A stretch of DNA of 64,000 nucleotides, from the NCBI GenBank assembly GCA_020184695.1, contig JAANOX010000046.1, forward strand, positions 78,466 through 142,465, in the 5' to 3' direction. The position numbers and the translations under genes were made by a program. Each line of letters begins with the position of its first letter. The stretch's first letter is position 1. The notes beneath the pieces were generated by a model, which was not told where the DNA came from, did not search any database, and worked only from the letters and a program-made list of their open reading frames with translations. The stretch is from Histomonas meleagridis 2922-C6/04-290x. Taxonomy: Eukaryota > Protista > Parabasalia. Below are positions 50,443-58,844 of this stretch, piece by piece.

Positions 50443-51354
50443 TTATTTATTTTCTTTAGATGGGAACCAAGAAAGTCCAATTCCAGCGTTATAAGAGTTT
50501 GAAATATGATCAAGAGAACCTGTTAAAACCAAATCAAAGTTTGGTGTTATGTGTCTTCTAAATTGCGTTTTTACAAGTCCAATTGTGCTAGCTGATGAAT
50601 GAATAACACTTTTGCCAATTTTAGCTCTCCATGCAACTGCCATTGAACTTACCAGTTGATTATTAATCTGAAAGGTGACTGCAGCTTTCCAATTTTCGTT
50701 GAGGTTTTTCTGATAGCGCATACACAACAAATTATTACTTAATTTATTTGGTTTGTTATTGGAATCGATATCACGAATAAGAGCAGTAATGAACTTGCTT
50801 TGGTCCCAGGCCTTATGGTACATTGCAGAAAAGCTCATAGGTAACCCATTACGTTTCAATAATTGAAGACCAGCGGCATTGGAATTAGTACCAACAGATA
50901 TGGTGAAATCAGTGACGCTTATATGCTTGAAGTCGTTAGTAGTGATTTTGAATGTAAGCGTGGAATGTGGAATGTAAAATGTTGTCATTAATGAATTGAT
51001 ATACTTAGAACCAGTATGCATCGTTTTTACTGAGCATGAAAAATTCTTAATTGGTCGAAGAATGCTATTGAAAACTTGGTATGATTTGGAAAGTGTTATT
51101 GTCAGATCAAAATCTGGTGTTTTTGTTTCTGATGAAAACATAAAAGATGTTTGAGGTGAGGCCAACAATGGAATATTTCCACGCTCCGTTGGTTTTATTA
51201 CAATTTCTGTTGGATAAAATCCTAAAACAGCTGTAAAGTTTGTAGATTGATTGATTTTTGATTCTTGCTGAAATATTACACCCTTAACTGTATTAACATC
51301 AAATATTTTATCGTGTTTTTCATTAAGTTCTGCTAATGTTAGAATGGATGACAT
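50443..51354 (-). CDS. TOM40: Tom40-like outer-membrane beta-barrel (Porin_3 family)
   Basis: 303 aa with alternating beta pattern. The end LVLTGSLDH..SY.AGIGLSW matches the Tom40 terminal strands and beta-signal. Confidence 0.7.
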   Translation of the reverse strand: MSSILTLAELNEKHDKIFDVNTVKGVIFQQESKINQSTNFTAVLGFYPTEIVIKPTERGNIPLLASPQTSFMFSSETKTPDFDLTITLSKSYQVFNSILRPIKNFSCSVKTMHTGSKYINSLMTTFYIPHSTLTFKITTNDFKHISVTDFTISVGTNSNAAGLQLLKRNGLPMSFSAMYHKAWDQSKFITALIRDIDSNNKPNKLSNNLLCMRYQKNLNENWKAAVTFQINNQLVSSMAVAWRAKIGKSVIHSSASTIGLVKTQFRRHITPNFDLVLTGSLDHISNSYNAGIGLSWFPSKENK

Positions 51355-51916
51355 CTGATGTTTTGGTTGACTAAGTATGCGGAGAACGTTTATTATTCTT
51401 TCAATAGTTTATGTGGTTATTTCTACCGTTTACAATACGAGTTGCAACTTGAAGCTGTCCTTTCGATTTATGAAACAGCATTTTTAAGGTTAGAAATAGC
51501 ATAAACTAATGATAATCCGATAAACGGTTGAATAGATAATCAATTTTAACGAAATCTTATTACCCTAAATTTTTTTATATAAAAAAATGAATGCGAAATA
51601 TATTTTAAAAATACCTGATACAAAGCTTAGCATATGTTATGCCAAAGTGCAACGCCATTGGTTATGGAATTTATGAAATTCATTGTGCAATAAATCAACA
51701 TTAGAGAAAATATAGTTGGAGACAAGATCATCACCTATTTGTATAAATTTATTAGATTTATCTGCAGATGATAATAATTTTGTTTTTAATTTAATGAGTA
51801 CATGGAAATTCCACATCGATAACTGCTAATGCATTAGCAACCGTTCGTATTTTCCACTGTAAAAAGTGTTCATCACCTATTTGCAATCAAAAAACAAAAA
51901 AGAATTTTAGCCTTGT

Positions 51917-52537
51917 TTAAGGAGCTTCTGCGTAAAGAGCGAATCTTTCATTGACTTCATTTGTGCCATCATCTTGAAGAAAGGATATGGGATCAGCAGG
52001 ATGTATCTCCACGCGAGGATAGCCATGAGCGAGAAACATAGCTTTGAGTTTTTCAGGTTCAAATCCATAATGTGGAATTTTTGGTTTCACTCGTGCGAAG
52101 AATGGTATATCAGGAGTGAATTCTACGACACCAACTTTTCCATGTGGCTTGAGGACTTTAAGGAACTTGTCAATTGTTCCCTCAACATCTTCGATATGGT
52201 GGAGAGTTAATGATACTTCAATAGCGTCTATCTTTTCACCATTGTAAGAATCGATTTCACCAAGAATTAATTCGGCTTTAGGGTTTGAACCAAAATGTTC
52301 ACGGCATGTATCAAGACCCTTTTTTTCTGGGTCAAGGAAGATAACCTTGGCGACTTTATCTAAGAAGTATTGTCCAGCTATCCCTGTGCCACATCCAAAA
52401 TCCATAACAATTGCGTCTTCTGGTAAATTAGCCCATTTATGAAAAGACTCACTAAAACGAGTTGCGGCAATAATCTTTTCTTCTGATCCAAGTGATCCTT
52501 TTTCGTGCTCGTGCTTGTTGCAATTATGTTGCGACAT
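51917..52537 (-). CDS. Class I SAM-dependent methyltransferase
   Basis: VMDFGCGTG motif I, FLDP motif II, SLTLHHIED, LKVLKPHGKV. Confidence 0.85.
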   Translation of the reverse strand: MSQHNCNKHEHEKGSLGSEEKIIAATRFSESFHKWANLPEDAIVMDFGCGTGIAGQYFLDKVAKVIFLDPEKKGLDTCREHFGSNPKAELILGEIDSYNGEKIDAIEVSLTLHHIEDVEGTIDKFLKVLKPHGKVGVVEFTPDIPFFARVKPKIPHYGFEPEKLKAMFLAHGYPRVEIHPADPISFLQDDGTNEVNERFALYAEAP

Positions 52538-53166
52538 GAAAAATAATGTTTGGACAGTTCACATCCAACACGATAAAACTTTCAATACATAGATAAATGT
52601 CTGAAAAAGTTGTACTTAGCCAAGAAGTGTCTTTATTGAAAAAAATCGTCTAACTCGACCAAATCACCTGCGAAACAATATTTTATCTTGATCACCTCAA
52701 ATTCGTATGAAATTTTATTGTGTTCATGAAAAAACACCTTAAATTTATTTATTCTATATGACTGGTTTTTTAAAGTCAGCATAGCTATTCTGTTAAAAAT
52801 TGTATTTTTCTAGTCAGACATAAAAATACAAATAGTTATACGTTTTGGCTAAACACTTCAACGTTTTCATGAATTTCTGTCTGGATTTTGTTTAGAACTT
52901 GCTCATGCGCCATAAATAATTATAAGAATTTCAGGATAACAATTAACTTTTAAAGAAAATAACAGAATAATTATTTCCATAAGTTAAGTATTACTTCCTA
53001 TATTTATAATATAAACAGCTTATAACTGTAGATAAAAATAGGTTGATCAAGAAAATGTTAAATTATTTAATTTTTTCATTTGTTAATACAAAAATATTTT
53101 TGATTCAACTTAAAAACATTTAATTCAATAACATATATTTATTACAAAAACTCGACATCAGTTTCA

Positions 53167-54156
53167 TCAATTATTATTTTCGTCATACACGTCAATTGAG
53201 TCATATGTTTGATATCCTTCAGCCAATTCTTCTGTTGATTTTCCAGGGAATGGAAGCACTGGACACGCCCATCTCCATAATGGCCCGTTTCCGCAGAATT
53301 CATCCATATTTTCTCTGCACGTTTCCTTTCTGAATGCATTTGGCGGAATTTGGTTCCACATTTCCCATCTCGTTCTGTTTTGTGATGAGTTGTATATTGT
53401 CGGTATTAAGAAAGAGACCATCATTGAGCAAAATGCAATAGCGACAACGAGCATAATGATGACAAAGAAAAAACAAATCGGAAAATTGACATTTGAAAAA
53501 CATGGAATAATTATTCGTATCGACCATATTGCATAAAGAAGTGTATATATGGAACCATATAAGTTAAATAACATAAAGAATTTGACATTGCGTTTACCAA
53601 TCCATGACGCGCACCATCCACATAAATGATCTGGTTGAAGAACATATCGTTGAGCTGATCGAAAAAAGGCTGATCGTGGTGGCCGTGGTTGGATTTGTAC
53701 CCACTGATATTGGTCTTCATTAGAAACAACACCGGCTATTGGATTTTCTTCGCCTGGTAATTGATTTTTATCTGCTTCGGAAAGACTCCAATAAAATGGA
53801 AAATAACCTGGACCTTCAATAATAACTAAGAAGTATGGAATAAAAAATAAAATCATAAAAATTAAAAAAATAATTGTTGAAAGTATGGATTCTAATAACG
53901 AAACAAGAGTGAATGATCCCCATACAATAACAATATATGAAAAAAGAAATATGATTCCAACAAGGAGTGGCATTGTAAGATCTACTTTCCAATGTTCGAG
54001 AAAAATTGATAGAGAATTTACTTGATACTTATTGCAACAACAATACTTACGTGATAAAGCTTTTGTAACACCGGGGAAATTTTCAATGTTAATTATATCT
54101 GATGGATTTCTACCAGATTGTTCTAATAAGTTTCCATTTTCTGGTACTTCTCCCAT
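53167..54156 (-). CDS. DHHC-family palmitoyltransferase, DHLC variant
   Basis: Four TM segments and PRPPRS...PDHLCGWCASWIGKRN.KFF. Confidence 0.85.
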   Translation of the reverse strand: MGEVPENGNLLEQSGRNPSDIINIENFPGVTKALSRKYCCCNKYQVNSLSIFLEHWKVDLTMPLLVGIIFLFSYIVIVWGSFTLVSLLESILSTIIFLIFMILFFIPYFLVIIEGPGYFPFYWSLSEADKNQLPGEENPIAGVVSNEDQYQWVQIQPRPPRSAFFRSAQRYVLQPDHLCGWCASWIGKRNVKFFMLFNLYGSIYTLLYAIWSIRIIIPCFSNVNFPICFFFVIIMLVVAIAFCSMMVSFLIPTIYNSSQNRTRWEMWNQIPPNAFRKETCRENMDEFCGNGPLWRWACPVLPFPGKSTEELAEGYQTYDSIDVYDENNN

Positions 54157-54251
54157 TTTCCCCTTTAACGTTTTTCGATCGTAAAATAAAAACGACGCCG
54201 TTTATAACAAACGGCCCCTCAAATGGCGCCAAAACGGTTTCCCAAAAGTTC
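54157..54251. promoter_or_regulatory. 95-nt bidirectional promoter (DHHC/CLK) with M3-like motifs on both strands
   Basis: AACGGTTT (+) at 54233-54240 and GGCCGTTT (-) at 54216-54209. Inverted repeat GCCGTTT/AAACGGC at 54197-54215. Confidence 0.55.
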
Positions 54252-55304
54252 ATGAATACAAAACAGCCTCGGACAGAACAAGATAGGCTGTTTTGTCATC
54301 CAGGAGATATTATAGGAAAAAATTACAGGGTTATAAATTCTGCTGGTGAAGGAACATTTTCAAATGTATATTGGTGCAAGGATATCCAATATCAATCCGA
54401 TGTCATCGTTAAAGTTTCAAGATCAAGAAGATCATATACCGATGCAGCAAATGAAGAAATAAAGACAATGGAATTACTCAATCGACTAGATCCAAGCCAT
54501 CGATTTTTTGTTCAATATTTTTCTTCTTTTTGTTTTAGAGGACATGTATGCCTAGTGTTTGAGAGACTTGGCCCTTCGCTATTTGAAACCCTTCGATATA
54601 ATTACTTTAATCCATTTCATATTGAAACTATTCGTAATTTCATGTGGCAAATTGTAAATTCTGTAGATGTTCTTCATAAAAACCAAATGGTACATACTGA
54701 CCTTAAATTAGAAAATATTTTACTTAAAGGAGGTCTTGTAAACAGAGAAGGAAGAGATATTGAAACTGGAAGAGACTCAATGTCGATTAGATTAATTGAT
54801 TTTGGATCACTTGATAGTGGTTCTGCATGGCATTACCACCTTGTTACAACCAGACATTACAGAGCACCTGAAATACTCATGGGTCTTCGATGGGGATATG
54901 AATGTGATATTTGGAGCTTGGGATGTATACTTGTTGAGTTATCACTTGGAAGAATTTGCTTTGATGCAAGGGATTTAATTGAACATTTATATTTAATACA
55001 ACATATGATTGGACCAATACCTAAAAAAATGTGGGTAAATTGCACAATAAATGAGTTGAGACCTTTTATACGAGAAGGACACATTAGATCAAGTTCATTA
55101 AACAGACAAGCTTATGAAGAAGCTCGAAGAAAGCCAACACTTCGACGCATTTTAGATTTCGATTCATCTCTTTCAGACCTTGCATTGTGGTTACTGAATC
55201 CTGACCCTGATGAAAGACCAAGAACAGATTCCATCCTCAGACACCCGTTTTTTAACGTATTCCACAAACGGTCGTCATTCAATTACCACGGAAAAAGCGG
55301 TTAA
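54252..55304 (+). CDS. CLK: CLK/LAMMER-family CMGC protein kinase
   Basis: GEGTFSNV, HTDLKLEN, IDFG, VTTRHYRAPE and EHLYLIQHMIG (LAMMER equivalent). ATG 54252 preferred over 54102. Confidence 0.9.
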   Translation: MNTKQPRTEQDRLFCHPGDIIGKNYRVINSAGEGTFSNVYWCKDIQYQSDVIVKVSRSRRSYTDAANEEIKTMELLNRLDPSHRFFVQYFSSFCFRGHVCLVFERLGPSLFETLRYNYFNPFHIETIRNFMWQIVNSVDVLHKNQMVHTDLKLENILLKGGLVNREGRDIETGRDSMSIRLIDFGSLDSGSAWHYHLVTTRHYRAPEILMGLRWGYECDIWSLGCILVELSLGRICFDARDLIEHLYLIQHMIGPIPKKMWVNCTINELRPFIREGHIRSSSLNRQAYEEARRKPTLRRILDFDSSLSDLALWLLNPDPDERPRTDSILRHPFFNVFHKRSSFNYHGKSG

Positions 55305-55338
55305 GACCGGCCATTGTCCATTCTGCATTCTCAACAAA

Positions 55339-55434
55339 GTATGTACTCTTGGCTCTGATGACTTTTCCTCTCGACAGAAATTATGTTGATAGCTTTTAAA
55401 GTGCCTGAGCCACATGTTTCAAACTAACACACAG
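55339..55434 (+). other. Canonical trichomonad spliceosomal intron (96 nt) downstream of the CLK stop codon
   Basis: Starts GTATGT at 55339 and ends ACTAACACACAG at 55423-55434, the fused branch-site/3'SS motif of T. vaginalis type A introns. Confidence 0.85.
55350..55412 (+). ncRNA. Candidate intron-encoded box C/D snoRNA
   Basis: Terminal stem TGGC/GCCA, box C TGATGA 55356-55361, D'-like CAGA 55375-55378, C'-like ATGTTGA 55383-55389, box D CTGA 55405-55408. Confidence 0.65.
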
Positions 55435-55534
55435 AAATATAATTAATTTGTATGTTATATAATTATTAATAAATTTTATATTTGTTATAAATAAAAGTGT
55501 TTATTGTTTTTACTTGTGTTATCGAGGAATTACG

Positions 55535-55557
55535 TTTTTTTTTTTTTTTTTTTTTTT
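55535..55557. repeat. Poly-T run (23 nt)
   Basis: Read directly. Confidence 0.9.
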
Positions 55558-55699
55558 AGTTTTGTTATTTTTTGAATTTGATCATTTTGAAATTTTCTTT
55601 AAATATAGGAAATTCATGCTTCCTTCTTTCTCTAATGCTAGTGCATTTGGACAAATATTGTTAAAGATGGAATGTTATTTTATTCTTATTTAATTACAG

Positions 55700-56025
55700 T
55701 TCAAAATGCTAAAAATATTAATTTATATATTAATATTAATATAATATTTGCCTTTTTTATTTAATGTTATAAAATCTTATTTGGAAAATATTTAAAATAC
55801 TTAAAACAGCATTTTTGATGGCATCCAAAAAAGGTCATACTAAAATGGTTAAATTACTTTTTGCGAAAAAAGGATCAAAAATAACTGCAAAAGATATTCG
55901 TTTGTCTTGTCCATGATTTATATAAATAATTCTGGATTTCAAAATAATATGTGAAAATTATTTAAATTATTTAATACAGCACTTATATTGGCATCTGAAA
56001 ATGTTCATATGCAAAAAATTAATTA
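55700..56025 (+). pseudogene. Interrupted ankyrin array remnant, locus 3
   Basis: 89-nt spacer (55717-55805), 30-codon block TAFLMASKKGHTKMVKLLFAKKGSKITAKD (55806-55895), 80-nt spacer (55896-55975), then a degenerate TALILASENVH block. Confidence 0.8.
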
Positions 56026-56369
56026 AATATTAATAATCATGTTTTTCAAATTAAAGAGGTATTCTAATACACAAAAATTGAGGATAAGCTAAATAACTTT
56101 AATATAAGAGATACAGATATATAATTTTGATTCAGTTATTGATTAAAAATCAAAAATAAGTTTATAAAATTGTTTATGTGATATCTTTTATCGAAAACAA
56201 AGAATACCGTAGTGACACCTCCTTGGGAATAAACTGTACTATATTTGTTATTAGTCTATGGAGATTCGATATGAAAATCCAGTTTTAGTCATTAAAATTT
56301 AGTGAATACTTTTTATTAAAAAGCAAATACCTGCTCATGACTAAATGTAATTTAGAAATTAATAAAAAA

Positions 56370-58046
56370 TTATATGTTAATAAAATCTTCTTCTTTGAAA
56401 TCTCCAACAAATGGATCTTCTTCAATGTTTGCCATATGGTTAACAATAGAAAATGCTTCTGTACTTTTATCATTTACTTCCTCGCTTACCACCATTTCTT
56501 CATTTTTATTTATATTTCGATTATGAACAACAACAACAATTATTATTATGATTACAATAATAACGACTAAAACGCAAACAATAATGATGATAAGAACAGT
56601 ATTTGTTTGATTTTCATTATTAATTTGTTCATTTTGATTGAAAATCGTGAAAAAGTCCGAATAAAAACTAAAGAATGTTGCATACTGAATGACTGTATAT
56701 TTATAATATAAATATTCTGTGATCTTATAAATGATAGATGAAGATAACATCGACATTATATAAGTATTTGATATATAAGAATAATTGGTAATTGTTTTAA
56801 TAAGTGCCATCGAAAATTGTAATGTTAATGAATATGAAAATGTAGTGAAAAATTCAAATGAATTTTCTATTTTAAAAGTATTAGAATTTGTAAATACACA
56901 CGACTTAGTAAATGTGTTAGAATTAGAATAAGCATTTGATTTAGTAAAAGTATTTGAATTAGAATATGTATTTAAATTAGAATATGTATTTGTATTAGAA
57001 TATGTATTTAAATTAGAATATGTATTTGAATTAGAATATGTATTTGATTTAGTGAATGTGTTAGAATTAGTAAAAGTATTTGTGAATGTATTTGAAAATG
57101 TATTTGATTTAGTAAATGTATATGCTGGGATACATTCTGAAATTAATTCATAAGTCGTATCAAATTTACCAAATGTTGTATTTTGATATTTATTTAATAC
57201 CATAATTTTATTGTCGACTGTAACTTCATCAAAAGCGAACCCATTAATATCAGGTTCTTTTTCACCATAAAAGTAAACACATTGAAGATTGTTACATAAA
57301 GTGAATGAAAACACTTTAATTTCAACAACGTTTTCTCCAATGAAAACAGTAGCTAAATTTGTACAAGTTGAAAATAAACCGTTTGGTATTGTTGTTACTT
57401 TATTTGAAATAGAAAATGATTTTAATTTTAAACAATTACAAAATGCAAAATTACCAAAACTTTCTATGTTATCACAATTCATAATCCCTTCTAATTTGGA
57501 AGCATAAAATGCATATCCATTAATAGAAACAATTGATGAAGGAATTTCAAATATATTATCTTTTTTACCTGCTGGATAAAAGATAATAGTTTGAATGTTT
57601 TTATCATAAAGAACACCATCATCATTAAGATTACAAAAATTGGGATTATTTTTGGTTACTTTATAATACATAATGTTAGTACAATTTATAAAAACTCCTT
57701 CATCAAATGTTTTTACTGAATCCGGAAAAGTGATGGCCTGTAATTTATAACAATGACCAAATGAATGACCTCCAATTGTTTGAACATTTTCTCCAAATGT
57801 AACTGATTCCAAATTTTCACAATAACGAAATGCGTAATCTTCAATTGTTGTAACAGAATTTCCAATATTAACTGAAACCAAAGAAGTCCATTCTGTGAAA
57901 GCAGATTTGGATATTATTGTAATACCTGTAATTATAACATGTTTAGTTGTGTCTTTGTATTCAGATCTTCCATTAAATTCACTCGAACTGCTTATCGTAA
58001 GTGTTCCTGAGGAAAATGTTTCAGTTGAATGCATGAAAAAAATCAT
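56370..58046 (-). CDS. BspA-like (TpLRR) type I membrane protein with 6-aa S/T/N stalk repeats
   Basis: TpLRRs (IGNSVTTIEDYAFRYC), NTFTKS/NTYSNL repeats at about 56870-57125, TM VLIIIIVCVLVVIIVIIIIIVVVV, tail EEDPFVGDFKEEDF. Start uncertain: ATG 58046 chosen, alternatives at 58175 and 58190. Confidence 0.8.
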   Translation of the reverse strand: MIFFMHSTETFSSGTLTISSSSEFNGRSEYKDTTKHVIITGITIISKSAFTEWTSLVSVNIGNSVTTIEDYAFRYCENLESVTFGENVQTIGGHSFGHCYKLQAITFPDSVKTFDEGVFINCTNIMYYKVTKNNPNFCNLNDDGVLYDKNIQTIIFYPAGKKDNIFEIPSSIVSINGYAFYASKLEGIMNCDNIESFGNFAFCNCLKLKSFSISNKVTTIPNGLFSTCTNLATVFIGENVVEIKVFSFTLCNNLQCVYFYGEKEPDINGFAFDEVTVDNKIMVLNKYQNTTFGKFDTTYELISECIPAYTFTKSNTFSNTFTNTFTNSNTFTKSNTYSNSNTYSNLNTYSNTNTYSNLNTYSNSNTFTKSNAYSNSNTFTKSCVFTNSNTFKIENSFEFFTTFSYSLTLQFSMALIKTITNYSYISNTYIMSMLSSSIIYKITEYLYYKYTVIQYATFFSFYSDFFTIFNQNEQINNENQTNTVLIIIIVCVLVVIIVIIIIIVVVVHNRNINKNEEMVVSEEVNDKSTEAFSIVNHMANIEEDPFVGDFKEEDFINI

Positions 58047-58544
58047 AAAAATCAGTGGAAGAAAAATTGAGTTTATTTTTTTAACATGTTTGATTGTTTC
58101 GACAAATGAATTTGTTGGAATGCATTTTATCTTAATGAAAAATAATTTAATTATGAAAAAAGTAAGTAAAATCATCAAAAAATCATTCATAAAATAGGAA
58201 AATGTACTGAATTCTTTCTTTAAAACATAAAAATAAGGACAAATAAAAACATGAAATCTTTTAAAAAAAAAATTATTCACTTGAGTTGATGTGCAAAAGG
58301 GGAAATAAGAATTTTGAGGTGTAGCTAAGTAAGTCTATTCTTGTATTGCATTAATAAAACACGAAAATTCTGATGATAATAATAAATCTTTTAAATTATA
58401 TCTTGAATACAACCTAAAACCAGGCAATAATAAGCCATTTGAGTTTAAGACATTGCACGAACTAAATTCAATTAGTATTAAAACAATACATTGAGTTATC
58501 ATGACTAATATAATTTTTCCCGGACTAAAATTGTATACTTTACA

Positions 58545-58820
58545 TGATCATGTTTTCAAAACATCTTTCAATGATTTTTTACAGTTTTTACATAATAAAC
58601 CGTATCCGACTTTTTGAATGACATTTCTGTCGAAAACGATCGAAATCAGTTCTCAACGATAGAATCGAATGAATGAAAAATCATCGGATTTATATTCAAA
58701 AACTGAAGTATTTGGGGAGCATTTCTGCAACCACTTTAAGATTTTATCATCAACATAATAATATCGAATATTATCACATTCTTTCGCATTTTCAAATCCA
58801 AACACTAAAGCAAAATTCCA
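58545..58820 (-). pseudogene. Possible heavily decayed Rho-like relic
   Basis: Fragments ALVFGFENAKECDNI..W..KCSPNTSVFEYKSD and QKVGYGLLCKNCKKSLKDVFENMI loosely echo the Rho C-terminal half. Confidence 0.25.
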
Positions 58821-58844
58821 AATTTAATTACTTAATCTTTAGAT

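Noticed and set aside
51728-51883. 14-bp direct repeat (51728 and 51870) and 16-bp palindrome TGCTAATGCATTAGCA (51824-51839)
   Set aside because: Isolated palindromes of this size are expected by chance in 64 kb of AT-rich DNA, and there is no supporting structure. Possibly a decayed gene.
54102-54251. N-terminal hydrophobic extension of the CLK ORF overlapping the DHHC start
   Set aside because: It spans the divergent promoter. An M3-like motif points to ATG 54252, and CLKs lack signal peptides.
55535-55557. T23 as the poly(A) tail of a minus-strand retrocopy
   Set aside because: No TSD or recognisable parent sequence adjacent, and homopolymers are common here.
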